From positions 73,780,001 through 73,844,000 of the forward strand of contig OX597830.1 of NCBI GenBank assembly GCA_951406725.2: a DNA stretch of 64,000 bases, read 5' to 3'. Below the pieces are notes generated by a model. It was given only the letters and a program-made list of their open reading frames with translations, did not search any database and was not told the DNA's origin. Of this stretch, positions 12,411 through 27,018 are shown piece by piece. Position 1 is the stretch's first letter. The number at the start of each line of letters is the position of its first letter. Source of the DNA: Octopus vulgaris. Taxonomy: Eukaryota. The translations under genes and the position numbers were made by a program.

Positions 12411-12619
12411 TTATGTAATACACAGGACATATTTCCTTGGTGTCCATACACCGCACCGTCTTAAAACGACTCGGTCATAGTCTACAGTTGCCCCAGGGCC
12501 CCATGAGTCTAAGGGGCCCAATTCTGAGCTATACATGCTGTGACTTGCTGTCAATAGATAAACACCATAGAACTCTGTGCAGTTTTGACTGAGAACAATA
12601 ATGCTAACATACACACACA

Positions 12620-12863
12620 CATTACACAAATACACACACACACTCGCCATGTTCGCACTCTGCTGACTTCAAAAACAACTTTCTCTATCTCTCTCCATTT
12701 CCGGTCACTTCAGCCATGTAACCTCACAATTGCTTTTCTTGGATTATTTTCCCCTCTCTGTGGACATTTCCCCTTTCCTCTTTCTGATGAAGAGCCATGT
12801 TCGAAACGTCAGCCTCGCCCTCTTTTTTCTTGTCTTTAACTGAACGTCAACCTAATACATTCA
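12620..12863 (+). mobile_element. Hammerhead-bearing repeat (Penelope pLTR-like)
   Basis: Homologue of 9947-10185; carries the motif at 12781-12813. Confidence 0.8.
12781..12813 (+). ncRNA. Minimal type I hammerhead motif
   Basis: UUU-CUGAUGA-A-GAGC(CAU)GUUC-GAAA-C-GUC-AG. Confidence 0.6.
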
Positions 12864-13213
12864 TGGATCATATATGTTACACATTACCAATTTTTTCGCC
12901 CAACAGTGGAAGTTTGGACTTATGAACTAAAAGCTATATATATCTGATAACATAAGGAATAAAAGGTAGCTAAAAGTCTCGAAGCAAGTATGGACGTTTA
13001 GGACAAACTTATGAAAATGTGTTGGGCAGGAAAAAGGGTAAGGAGAAATCAAAGTAGAAAAATGTTGGAATATTCAATGCAGAGTCCAAAACAAATGCAA
13101 TGGGAAAACGTACGAAGGAACCAATAATTTAAGTTATTGTTTATCTTAATTTTCCACTGTTTCTTTAAATATACATGAGTGCGTGTGTGTATTTACATAT
13201 ATGTATCGGCCTA

Positions 13214-13290
<77 letters not shown>

Positions 13291-13369
13291 GCCATGATAG
13301 ATCGTTAGCCACTACACACATTTTTTCTCTCCTTTTTTCTCTGCTTGTTTCTCTCCTAGTTTTTTCTGT

Positions 13370-13411
13370 GTCCCTTTCTGTAGAAGAGCGTAGGCTCGAA
13401 ACGTAAAAGAC
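13370..13411 (+). ncRNA. Minimal hammerhead-like motif, core variant CUGUAGA (copy 1)
   Basis: GU-cc-CUUU-CUGUAGA-A-GAGC(GUAG)GCUC-GAAA-C-GUA-AAAG-AC; perfect stems I and II. Confidence 0.6.
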
Positions 13412-13498
13412 TTTTTCTATTCCTGAGCGTTATACTAATACATCTGTTTGTTTTGTTCACCACCTGTCTTCGTCTTTTGCTTTTTTCGTAAACTCTCC

Positions 13499-13576
<78 letters not shown>

Positions 13577-13670
13577 CTCTCTCTATCTTTCGCCATGATA
13601 GATCGTTAGCCACTACACACATTTTTTCTCTCCTTTTTTCTCTGCTTGTTTCTCTCCTAGTTTTTTCTGT

Positions 13671-13712
13671 GTCCCTTTCTGTAGAAGAGCGTAGGCTCGA
13701 AACGTAAAAGAC
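13671..13712 (+). ncRNA. Minimal hammerhead-like motif, core variant CUGUAGA (copy 2)
   Basis: Identical to 13370-13411, offset 301 nt. Confidence 0.6.
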
Positions 13713-13798
13713 TTTTTCTATTCTGAGCGTTATACTAATACATCTGTTTGTTTTGTTCACCACCTGTCTTCGTCTTTTGCTTTTTTCGTAAACTCTCC

Positions 13799-13951
<153 letters not shown>

Positions 13952-14227
13952 GAGATTATTGACCTAAGAGAAGTGGAATTAAATAATTTCTTCCAGGAAG
14001 TAAAAGTCGGATGACGAAGCCAGTCTGGAACCATGGAAACTTATTCAAGTTTCTTTATCTTATCCGAAATTCCTCGTCGCGTGATAGATATATATATGTG
14101 CGTGTGTGCATGTGTGTATGTGTATATGTATATTTATGGGTGTAAATATATATACATACTTATCTATATCATTAAGCAAATGACACTAACATGTTTATAC
14201 ATAAACATATATATATGCATATACATG

Positions 14228-14283
<56 letters not shown>

Positions 14284-14384
14284 TATACACACACGTACGC
14301 ACACACACACTAGCACATGTATACATATAAATCTAGGTATATAACTATGGTTGTATATTTGAATACATATATATTTATATATTT

Positions 14385-14416
<32 letters not shown>

Positions 14417-14532
14417 GTATATACACACACACATGGTCAAACATAAACACTTATGTATGTATATTTACATATGCATTTACATATATATATACATATACAC
14501 ATACATGCATACATACATATGCATATATATAG

Positions 14533-14636
<104 letters not shown>

Positions 14637-15027
14637 ATATGTATGTATATGTATATATGTATCGTCCAAGCCACCTCGACAAGTCATCCTAAGTGAAAAC
14701 CACCCGTGCCTTCAACTTTATTTACGACCTGAAACAACGGGCTGTTGTAAATCTCATCTCGGGGAAACCTTCAGCCCGTTCATCTTATCCCAGCATTACC
14801 GACAGACGCACACAGACACACACATACAGCATAGGACTGTACTACATACGAATGGATGGGGGCTGAAGTGGGAGGGACATTGGCGATAAGGTGGCGATGG
14901 TGACAGAGTCACTCGTTTTGCCCTATGCCTTTTTTTTTTGTTGTTTGTCATTCCCTTTACACTGACCGTTTGACAATTAATCACTGTGGCGAGCATTAGC
15001 TTTTTCCTTGTGTGTTTGTGTGTGAGT

Positions 15028-15111
<84 letters not shown>

Positions 15112-15144
15112 TTTGTCTGCAGTTCGCATATCCGAAAAAGAAAT

Positions 15145-15197
<53 letters not shown>

Positions 15198-15286
15198 TAA
15201 ACAAACACACACACATAAACAAACAAACACACACACACACGTATATATATATATATAGAGAGAGAGAGCGAGAAAGAGAGAGAGTG

Positions 15287-15377
<91 letters not shown>

Positions 15378-15551
15378 CCGACTGATAGATGGGAACGTAT
15401 ATTGGCAAATTATATATATATATATATGTATTCACAGAAAGAGTGGGTGGGAGAAAGAGATTGATAAATTGAAAGAAAAGTTAGTTGGATAGAAAGATAG
15501 ACAAACCGACAGTACTTTTGATTCTGGTATTGCGCATACTTGTTTGTCAAC

Positions 15552-15612
<61 letters not shown>

Positions 15613-16290
15613 GGAGAGAGAGAGACTTTCGATTTTACAGGAAGCTGTTCAAAAATAATATCAGAACAACAACGACGACACCAATAACAACAGCAAGAAC
15701 ATTCAGCGAAAATAACAACAGCATAACAACTACTCTCTTAGCCAACAAGGGATCTAGTATACGGTTATGCGACTTGCTAATAATAGCAGCCAAATCTGCT
15801 TCAAATTGGGCTTTATCCCATAGGGAAAATAATGAGCACACTATCAAATGTATTCTTACTTAACTCTGCAAAAGATAAGATGAACATGGTTAAATGAACA
15901 TAGCTATGAAAGTTCAATGAACTTAGACGTAAAGTAACTTATCAAAGGTTATTCGACCTACTAGATGTAGCAGCCAAATCTCCTTGATATCACACTTTAA
16001 AATCTTTAAAATGTAGATTAATACATCGGATAAGGTAGTTATTAATAAACACTAAGAAATATTATCAGGATACGGCTGAAACAAGCACAATGTGTACGGT
16101 GAACAGTGAGTATCAAACCAATGGTGTACATATTCTGAATACGTTCCGGCAGATTCGAACGTGTATATGTTGTATTTTGTTGTTTGAGAATTCTATTTTT
16201 TCGGAAAATATTAAAAATAAATACATATATCATCGTTTCATCTATTATGCTTTTGACATTCTTTGCTTCTTTTCTAAATTTAGTTGTAAT

Positions 16291-16605
16291 TGGCATGGCT
16301 CAGTGGTTACAGCACTTACAATCATAAGCTAGTGAATTCGATTTCCGGACCGATCTGTGCCTTCTGTTCTTGAGCAAGACACTATTTCACGTTGCTCCAA
16401 TTCACTCAGCTGTAGAAATGAGTTGCAACGTCACTGGTGTCAAACTGTATTGGCCTTTAGCTTTCTCGTAGATAACATCGCTGACGAGGAGAAGCAGGAT
16501 GGTATGCACGGGCGACTGCTGGTCTTCCATAAACAACTTTCCCCGGACTTCTGCCTTGGAAGGGAACTTTCTATGTGTAATCCCACGATCATTTGTGACT
16601 GAAAT
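16291..16605 (+). mobile_element. SINE family D (tRNA head; homologue at 24394-24730)
   Basis: tggctcagtgg A-box, ttcgatttcc B-box, cttgagcaagacact.atttcac core, shared 3' half with 24394-24730. Confidence 0.8.
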
Positions 16606-17304
16606 GAGTCTTTACCCTTCTTTACCAGGTGATTTGATCTGCGAATATGCATTGAAACCAAAGCGATTACAACGTAAAGGAGCAATTTGAACCATTTAAA
16701 AACAAACAAAAGCAGTTGAACTCACTTCTAATTTATTTCTTAAGATGTCATTCATCTTCCTTGCACCATCTGCAAGCTGTAACTGACACATTTTTAGTGA
16801 GACTCAGTAAAACAGTCTTCGTGACTTGATCGCAGTTATAGGACAAGAAATTTGATAACTCAGATTTTCCTGTAAAGCTTCTGGATAATATTTTCGGAAA
16901 TATTTTCTGGGGTCATTGTGTGTTTCGAGTCTGTCAATAATCAGACTTTCACCCAGGTGATGCAACCGGGTTGATCAAACCCCTCTTTGTGTCCGGGTAC
17001 CATTTCCCTTTCTAAGATCAACATCCACTCTGTGGCATTCTTTGATGCTTCCACAACCAATCTGATGGCATCCAGCCTATTAGTCCTAATTAGTAACTAA
17101 ATTCGTAGGGAAATAAAAAATTTAGTTGGTTTTAAATGGCCAAAATAGCTCTTTTACGATGTAATTACTCTTAAAAAATTTTAATATGTAAGCAAAAAAG
17201 AAAAGCATGCGTGAAAGATTATCAATTTTCCCAAAATGCGACGCGATGGGAAAAAACTAGGAGCAAAGAAAACCTTTCGTTGGCCGTGTAATTTGTATGT
17301 TTTA

Positions 17305-17338
<34 letters not shown>

Positions 17339-17651
17339 TTCTAGTTTCAGCTCAGAGCTGCGGCCATGCTGATGCACCGCCGTTTATATATATATATAAA
17401 TATATGACATAAAATAATATAAATATATATGCATACATACACATATATATATGTACATACATATATTTGTATATGCATGCATATATGGGCACATGACACG
17501 ACATAAATAAAATAAACAAAAAATCCGAAAACATGAAATATGAATTTTTTTTTGCGAACAACGAAAGAAACAAACGGAAAACAAGACACCAGCATATATT
17601 TTTACAGGAGCGTAAACAAAGTAACAGCAGTTGTTACATAAGCACACACAC

Positions 17652-17713
<62 letters not shown>

Positions 17714-17736
17714 ACACACACACGCACACATACTTT

Positions 17737-18147
17737 TATTTGTTTCAGTCATTTGACTGCGGTCATGCTAAAGCACTGACTTGAAGGATTTTAGTCGAAC
17801 AAATCGACCCCAGGACTTTTTTAAAGCTTACTCCTTATTCTGTCGGTCTCTTGTGCCCAACCGCTAAGTTATGGAAACGTAAACATTGTAAGACCGGTCA
17901 AGCGGTGTTGGGGGGAAAATACAGACACACACATAGATTCACACACGCACGCACATATATATATATATATACACGCACACACATATATATTCGACAGGCT
18001 TCTTTCAGTTTCCGTCTTCCAAATCCACTCTCATGGTTTTGGTCGACCTGAGGCTATAGTAGAAGACACTTGTCCAAGGTGTCCTGCGGTGGGACCGAAC
18101 CCAGAACTATGTGGTTTGGAAGCAAGCGTCTTACCACACAGCCACAA
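17737..18147 (-). mobile_element. SINE family A
   Basis: Diverged near-full-length copy. Confidence 0.85.
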
Positions 18148-18819
18148 CTGAGCCTATTATATTATATTATATTATATTATATTATATTATATTATATTAC
18201 ATTATATTGTATTATGTTATGTTATATTATATTATATTATATATGTGTGACATACGACGTCAACCACATTCATTTAACTCATAAGGCAGGCGCAGTGGGA
18301 TTGAACTTGGCACAATGATGTTCTAAATCGGGCCTCTTAACCACTCTGACATGGAAGCACTTATGGAAAGCTTAACAAAATTTCTCGGTCTTTCAATCTA
18401 ATTCTTTTTTTATACATTATACATACATGCAAATACATATATGCAAATATATGCACATGTGACACATACATATGTTTATTGCTGCTGTTTTGCCCCGGGG
18501 TAAATTTTCTTTGAGAGACCACTTAGATTTCCCTACTCAACTTTCTCTCGTTTTATGTGTACGCATGCGTATAGAATGTGTTCTGTGTCCATTCGTAGAC
18601 AAATAAATGGTAAGTCTCGCTTAGTAAGCCCATTGCATTTACTTCTAAATAGTTATCAAGAAATAGTTTCATGCTATAACTGTGTTCTCTTGTATCATTT
18701 TACCGTTTACTGGCATCAGCCTGTGGTTAAGCTGAGACAGAGCCGTCTTACAAAGAATTAACGGCTTTATCGATACAAGTCTTTAATACGGTCTGTATCT
18801 TAATTGGAAGGATTGCCCA

Positions 18820-18982
18820 GGTATGGTTGTGTCATTAAGTAGCTCACTTTGCAACCATGTCGTTTCGGGTTCAGCCGCACTGTGCGGCACCTTGGGCAAG
18901 TGTCTTACTATCGCCCTGGGTCGACCAACCGGTTCATCACGATTAACTTTGGTAGACGGAGATTTATATGGAAGCCCTTCTC
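18820..18982 (+). mobile_element. SINE family A, 5' half
   Basis: cgggttcagccgcactgtgcggcaccttgggcaagtgtc...ggtagacgga. Confidence 0.75.
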
Positions 18983-19044
18983 ATATACATATACATATAT
19001 GTACGTATGTATACATGTAAATACATACATGCATACATATGTTT

Positions 19045-19575
19045 AAGTTGGTCAATGCTACCATAATTCTTGCGCCCCACACATAATAATCAAAGGGACT
19101 GCAGTCTGGGGAGTTAGGTGGACAGATGCTTGGGGTGATATTGGTCAGAGAAATTGTCTGATAGCTATCACTGAGTTCTCCTTGCTTGTGTGGCATGGTA
19201 CAGAATCCTGTTGCCAGACATAGTGTCTTCGAGCAGCCCCCTTCTTGAACAAGGGCAGCACTGCCTCATCCAGGAGGCAGTGTTGCCCTTGATCACTCCA
19301 AACACTATGATGCTGACTTGATATTTGATTTTTATCACTTTCGGTACATGTCCTCAGATTGACATCCAAATACTCTGAAATGTTTGTATTGGAGCATTCG
19401 GCACGAATGACAAGCATTGCAGCCAACCGTTTTCAAATTTCTGGCAGAGTGAAATGTGTCACGGTGCTCTTTTTCTCAAAGACGGTTCCCAACTGACCCC
19501 ACTATACTATACTATTGTCGACAAAATCAAAAACAAACAATGCGCATGACCAAAATTAAGTCTAAAATGGCGACA

Positions 19576-19577
<2 letters not shown>
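19045..19577 (-). mobile_element. Decayed Tc1/mariner (maT/DD37D-like) transposon; same family as 58084-58857
   Basis: Minus-strand peptides YVWQQDSVPCHTSK and PPNSPDCSPFDYYVWG; shared end aaacaatgcgcatg..caaaattaa...aaaatggc.acaat. Confidence 0.85.
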
Positions 19578-19613
<36 letters not shown>

Positions 19614-19614
19614 A

Positions 19615-19890
19615 AGCGCAATAGCCTAGTGGTTAGGCAGCGGACACGAGGTCGTAGGATCATGGTTTCGATTCCTAGACCGGGTGTTGTGAGTGTTTAT
19701 TGAGCGAAAACATCTAAAGCTCCACGAGGCTCCGGCAGAGGCTTGTGAGGTTCCCTGCTGTACTCTTTCGTCACAACTTTCTCTCACTCTTTCTTCTGTT
19801 GGTCTGCTCGCTTAGCCAGCGGGGTGGCGTCATGTGAAGCCTAAAACAATGCGAAGCGCATAGTGACCAGCGATATACTGGGCGGTCACG

Positions 19891-19893
<3 letters not shown>
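19615..19893 (+). mobile_element. SINE with family C head and a different 3' end
   Basis: gcgcaatagcctagtggttaggcagcggac...gtttcgattcctagaccggg matches the 62805 head; diverges after ~19790. Confidence 0.8.
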
Positions 19894-19952
<59 letters not shown>

Positions 19953-20221
19953 TTTGAGGGAATATAATTCCTAACTTACAGCGAAAAATTCAATTTAGAA
20001 ATACTAAATCAAATTTCAAAAAATATAATATATATATATATAAAAATTAGAAAAAAACACCTTTTATCAATACAAAATGAAGAATTAAATTACAACATCT
20101 AGAAAATTACATATAATAGAAATATTAAAATTAAAATAACAATGATATACCGATGATTAAGTAAATTGCAAAATAATAATAAAAACGTATATGTTTGCTA
20201 AAAATATATTTGATAAAAGGT

Positions 20222-20266
<45 letters not shown>

Positions 20267-21226
20267 TACATTGCTTATTGCGTTCTATTTTTTAAAAAAT
20301 AGCAAAATGATTTAAGACAGATTTACCTACTATTTCTGACAGATCGACCGGCCACATTGTGGTTCCCTCACTGGCTTAGATCAGAATACTGTTTATCTGT
20401 CATCCGACAAAATAAATTGAATGCAAGCCTCAAATGCCAGTTTTATTACCATATCTCTTGGAAAATATTAAGCTGCGGTTGACTAACACTCTGGGCTGAA
20501 GGGAACGAAATATTACATGGAACAGATAATAACCAAATACTGTTGTTCTTATTCTTGCTGTTGTTGTTGTAGTTGTTGTTTGATTCTGTTTCAAGACTAC
20601 GATGAAAGGCATGCCAGTGCTCTGAGGTTACATCATCGTTTTTTCGTCTTAATTCTTATTTTATTCATGCGTGGTATCTATGAGACGATTTCTTCCTTCG
20701 AGAGAGAAGGATGATGGTTTTGAGGAAGTTTTGGTTTAGCTGTTATTTCCAGCTGCAATTTCGAACTGCATCATAGAAGCAATCTCCAATACCTAGAAAA
20801 ATCATTCGCTGTATCAGTTTGTTGTTGCGGGGGTGGGGCGATGGAGCAAGTTCGCGTGGTCTTTGTATTGTGTAAGTAAGAAGACGCTCCCGCTCATCGT
20901 CCCCAAGTCCTTAAAAACAAAAAAATATCAAAATGTTTAGTCAACCAGATCGTACAGAATTACGTGAAGGGGGCAATATTTATTTATTTATTTATTTACT
21001 GTGAGTAAAAAAAAAAAATAACAGAAAAATGGTAAAAAGAAAAAGAAAAAAACAATGAGAGGCGAGCAAAGCGATTGGTGAGCCATGATATACTTGCCGC
21101 ACGAGTTCCTCTCGTCATCACATAACGAGCGAAGCATTGTCTTCGGAACTGGATACTAGTGCTTGAAAACCGATCTCTTTGACACGACAGAGCTTTCGTG
21201 ATTGTCAGTTCTTCAAAGGCAAATCC

Positions 21227-21285
<59 letters not shown>

Positions 21286-21624
21286 AAGCTCCATCACTAC
21301 TACTTTTTCCCCCTTCTTCTAAGGAAATAAATGCATGACTAGACTGAAAATTAAGGAGACAGCGTTGATACCTCCTCGTCTCATAGTCGAAACGACTCAG
21401 AGGGCCAGAGATGCCAGGTTGATCACCCCCACTCTCTTTCTGTCTGTTTGATGTCTATCCGTCCATCCGTCTGTCTGTCTTTCTGTCTGTCTGTTTCTCT
21501 ATGTATGTATGTATGTATGTATGTATGTATGTATGTATGTATGTATGTATTTTTGTATGTATGCATGTATGTATGTATGTATGTATGCCTGCCTGCATGT
21601 ATGCATGTATCTAACTATCTATTT

Positions 21625-22352
21625 TTCTACTATAGGCACGAAGTCTGAAATTTAGGGGAGAGAGATAATCAATTACATCGACTCCAGTGCGTTACTGGTA
21701 CTTAATTTATCGTCCTTGCAAGGATGAAAGGCAAAGCTGACCTCGGCGAAATTTGAACTCAGAACTTAGCGACGGGCGAAATACCGTCCAGCATGCTAAC
21801 GATTCTTTTCTACTCTAGGCAAAAGGCTCGAAATTTTGGGAGGAGGGGGCCAGTCGATTAGACCGAGCCTACCAAAAAGGATGGAAGGTAAACTCAACTT
21901 CGGCGGAAATTGAACTCAGAACATAACGACAGACGAAATACCTATTTCTTTACTACCCACAAGGGGCTAAACACAGAGGACAAACAAGGACAGACAAATG
22001 GATTAAGTCGATTATATCGACCCAAGTGCGTAACTGGTACTTATTTAATCGACCCCGAAGGGATGATAGGCAAAGTCGACCTTGGCGGAATTTGAACTCA
22101 GAACGTAAAGACAGACGAAATACCTATTTCTTTACTACCCACAAGGGGCTAAACACAGAGGACAAACAAGGACAGACAAATGGATTAAGTCGATTAGATC
22201 GATCCCAGTGCGTTACTGGTACTGCATTTATCAACCCGAAAGGATGAAAGGCAAAGTCGACCTTGGCGGAATTTGAACTCAGAACGTAGCGGCAGACGAA
22301 ATACCGCTAAGTATTTCACCCGGCGTGATAACGATTTTGCCAGCTCACCGCC
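21625..22352 (-). mobile_element. Cluster of 4-5 tandem SINE family B units (two ~182-bp near-identical repeats)
   Basis: ggcggaatttgaactcagaac recurs at ~21745, 21902, 22085 and 22266; tRNA-like head at ~22350. Confidence 0.9.
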
Positions 22353-23349
22353 CTCAAACTATCTATCTTGCATTACTTCCTGACTCGCTCTCATATAGTT
22401 ATATACGTATACATAAATAAGGTGGATTTAGAAAGTATGCAACTTTCGTTTGCATTGCTTTTTAATTTATCTTTGCACATACAAGGAAGAGTTAAAAAGC
22501 AATGCTAAAGAAAGTGGCATTACTTTCTGGCATGATTGTATATACATTCATACACACACACGTGTGTGTGTGTGTGTTAACTAAAGGGAGAGTAAGTATG
22601 CAATACATGTTGCATATATCGTTTATTTTAAATGCATATTCTCTCTCCTTCAGTTTTATGCCCAGTGCACTACATATATTCACATACACTTAGATACATA
22701 CATACTTGCAACAAACATGCACACATACACACACATACATACATATATACATATATATACATATATACATACATACATACATACATACATACATACATAC
22801 TTGCATACATACATACAACCATACACACATTTCTAAATACATACATATAAATGTATACATATTGGCATACCTACATGTATACTTACTTACATACATACAG
22901 ACAGGAATAAATACAAACATATAGGCATACAACCACACACACTCACACATAAGCACACACACACACAGACACAGACACACACACAGACACACACACATAC
23001 ACATACATATACATTGACGTATACGAGTCTATATCTGTGAACGAAAAATAAGATAGACGTATAACTTCAAAGCTTTTCCATTCGACCTACCACAATAAAG
23101 GAAATTGCTTTCCTCGCCAGATTGATGCCGGACCAGTCATCTGTTTACCCAATTCCTTTCATAAATATTGAGCAATACTTTCATCTTTGACCACCGTCTT
23201 CCAGCATACCTTATCACAATATTAGTAATTAGGTACCGCTCTACATATGCTCTTTTTCATTCGTTATTCGTCTGTAGATTCTGTGTTATCATTTCAAAAA
23301 ACTGCTGCAGACGTGTGTAGTCCAAACTTCTAGGTTATATAGTAATCAG

Positions 23350-23793
23350 TAATGAGGTACTTTTCTTCTTTGGAAAAGCCCTCATCGACTTTTTCAAGTT
23401 TCGCTTGAAAAGGAAAGTGAGGGTGGGAAGGTAGGTGCTGTCTTCGAATGAATTTATCAAGAGGTGGGTGAAAGTTTCGAAAATGGCAAGAGTGGATGGT
23501 ACTACTCTCAGCGTAGACCTGTGAGTCAGAGGAAAGAAGTTGGAGTGGGCTCTCATCATTGGTACTCAGAGTGATCTTGGATGGTGGAATTCCTTGATTA
23601 TCCTTAGAGATCCTCCTGAATCAGGGGGATTCTATTATGACCCTTTTATTCCCTTTTCTTCTAGTGTCATATATATTTCCATTCTTCAAATGTATACCCT
23701 GGATACTTTTTATTTTATCATTCCATCATATGTAAACTCTTTATGTCTCTTTATTGTTTCCTCATCCTTCGTCCCGGTGGCAAAAAAAAAGAA
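23350..23793 (+). mobile_element. 3' end of a LINE (Tx1/L1-like ORF2 C-terminus + UTR + A-tail)
   Basis: Translates FFFGKALIDFFKFRLKRKVRVGR*VLSSNEFIKRWVKVSKMARVDGTTLSVDL*, then a pyrimidine-rich UTR and A-run at 23782; clade assignment is from memory of similar termini. Confidence 0.55.
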
Positions 23794-24385
<592 letters not shown>

Positions 24386-24393
24386 ATATATGT

Positions 24394-24730
24394 GAAGGTA
24401 TTTGGCTCAGTGCTTTGAGCATCGGGCTCACAATCGTGAAGTTGTGTGTTTGATTCCCGGATCGGGCTGCGTGTTGCGTTCTTGAGCAAGACATTTTATT
24501 TCACATTACTCCAGTTCACTCAGCTATAGAAACGGCTTGTGAAGTCACTGGTTCCAAGCTGTATCGGCCTTTGTCTTGCCCTTGGATAATAATATCGGTG
24601 GTGTGGAGAGGAAGAGGCTGGTATGCATAGGCGACTGCAGGTCTCCCATGAACAATGTTGCCCGGGCTTGTGCCTCGGAGGGTAACATTCTAGGTGCAAT
24701 TCCCTGGTCATTCATGACCAAAGGAGTCTC
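24394..24730 (+). mobile_element. SINE family D
   Basis: Homologous to 16291-16605. Confidence 0.8.
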
Positions 24731-26381
24731 TTTTTAAAACTATTATTATAGTTATTACAACCACAGGTCTGATGACCATCACGCATGCTTCTTCTTGTTT
24801 ATTTTTTCTCTCTCTTACACAGTGTACGTAGGTTTATAGTTACCCAATGTCTTTGAAGGCTTATTTTCTAAAAATGTTATTGTGAAGGTTCAGGTACTTT
24901 TTCTAGCAGATTCGAACGACCACGTAAGAGGGTGCCTTGTATGAAGATTAAAGCAACGTAATGATAATATGAATCATCACTTTACTTTTCGAATAAAATA
25001 TGGATCATATAATTCTTGTTCCATTCAAGATTTTCATGTCAGTTTGTTTGCGTGTGTATGTATATATGTTCTCTTTTGTTTTTAATTATTGGAAGTCTTC
25101 CTTCCAGTAAGGGGCTGTTTTCTAGCAAAGATACAAAGCGCCATCATTGAAAAGTTGATAACATGTATGTATGTATGTATGTATGTATGTATGTATGTAT
25201 GTATGTATGTATGTATGTATGTATGTATGTATGTATGTATGTATGAATGTATGTATTATGTATGCATGCATGAATGTGTGTATGTATGTATTCATGTATG
25301 TATGTATGTATGTATGTATGTATGATGTGTGTATGTATGATGTATGTATATATATATATGTATGTATTATGTATGCATGCATGAATGTGTGTATACATGT
25401 ATGTATGTATGTATGAATGTATGAATGTATGATCGCATGTAGAACTATGTACTGATTTATGTAGATGCGTGTGCGTGCGAACTTGCATGAGTGTGTGTGT
25501 ATATGGGTGTGCGAGTGTATATGCGTGCATGCGTGCGTGCGTGCGTGTGTGTGTGTGTGTGTTTGTGTAATGTCCATGAGTGCACCTGCAACTTGAGGAG
25601 AGTGAAGTTGGGAGGAAATAAGAGCACACGGAGGAGGAAGAAGACAAATGGGAAGAAAAGACGGGTGTGACGGAGGATGTGGAGGAGGAGGAGGAGGAAG
25701 AGGAGGAGAAGGAGGATGAGGCGGCGGCGGAAGAGGAGACGTTGACTCAAGACAGATATATTTATATAAATGTTTCCTTCAGTTAAACATACTGGGTGGC
25801 TTCCATTAATAGGTTTAATGGTTCGTCTAAAGTGTTTTAAGCTTTTGGTAATTGGTGTAAATTCGACAAGACCAGAGGGCCAGGTTAAAGAGCTTGTTCC
25901 TCAGGGAGAAATTTTCTGCGGGTGGACGAATAAAGACGGTTGGCTGTCCGTGGTGCGTTATTGTTTTTTCATGTGTGGCCTGGGGGAGAAGTGAGTTAAA
26001 ACATTACTGTGTGGGTGGGCAATAAAGAGGTTGGTTTAGAAGGGATATGGTTGCTCTTATGAAGACGATGATGACGATGATAACGGCGACCATGGTTGCG
26101 GTGATTGGTTTACCGTGTTATTTGGATAGACGAAACAATTTTGGAGGCGGAGCAATGTGTCAAAGGTTATTGCGAATGATTGCGTATGTGCGCGCATGTG
26201 TGCGCGCGCGTGTGTGTGATTTGTGCGTGTATGTGCGTGTGCATGTGTGAGAGTGTGTGAGTGTGTATGTGTGTGTATGTGTGCAGACGCACATAGAATG
26301 CGAGATATAAATAGATTGACAGATAAATATAAAAATATACCATGATGTATATATATATACATATGTATAAATATACATATA

Positions 26382-26429
<48 letters not shown>

Positions 26430-26519
26430 TTTATATTATTATTTTGCATTTACATTATTATATATGTATCACATACATACATACATACATACATACATAC
26501 ATACATACATACATACATG

Positions 26520-26848
26520 CAATCTTCATAATTAACGCTTCTCAAAACCAGAAAGAAGAAAGCTAATTCGAAAATCTTCGGATCCAATCCATCACTGAAA
26601 CTGTAAAAATCTGTAACACTTTCTAGAAGTTTAGCATTTAATTATATATGAGCATGTCTAGACATGCAGCTATATGTATGAGAATACATACATAAAACAA
26701 AACATACAAATCTGCACGTATACATACATACCTACAAAAATACCCTGTTGCTGATGTTGAAATTCCAACGAAGGAAATTTTGATCTGAGTTAGAAACCGA
26801 TACTTTCTCTATTGGCGAGTAATCTTGAAATAAAACTGAATAATGACA
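26520..26848 (+). mobile_element. 5'-truncated REL-endonuclease-type LINE 3' end inside a (CATA)n array
   Basis: RRKLIRK/LRIQSITETVKICNTF*KFSI* resembles the peptide at 37600-37862; ends gaaataaaactgaataatga; (CATA)n on both sides. Confidence 0.65.
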
Positions 26849-26966
26849 TACATACATACATACATACATACATACATACATACATACATACATACATACA
26901 TACATACATAACTATTCATACAAACATACATACATACATACATACATACATACATACATACATACA

Positions 26967-27000
<34 letters not shown>

Positions 27001-27018
27001 GGTATATAAATACATACA

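Noticed and set aside
16740-17090. Complex sequence that might be an exon or transposon remnant
   Set aside because: All three minus-strand frames I translated contain stops, the ORF track shows no ORF here, and no motif is recognised.
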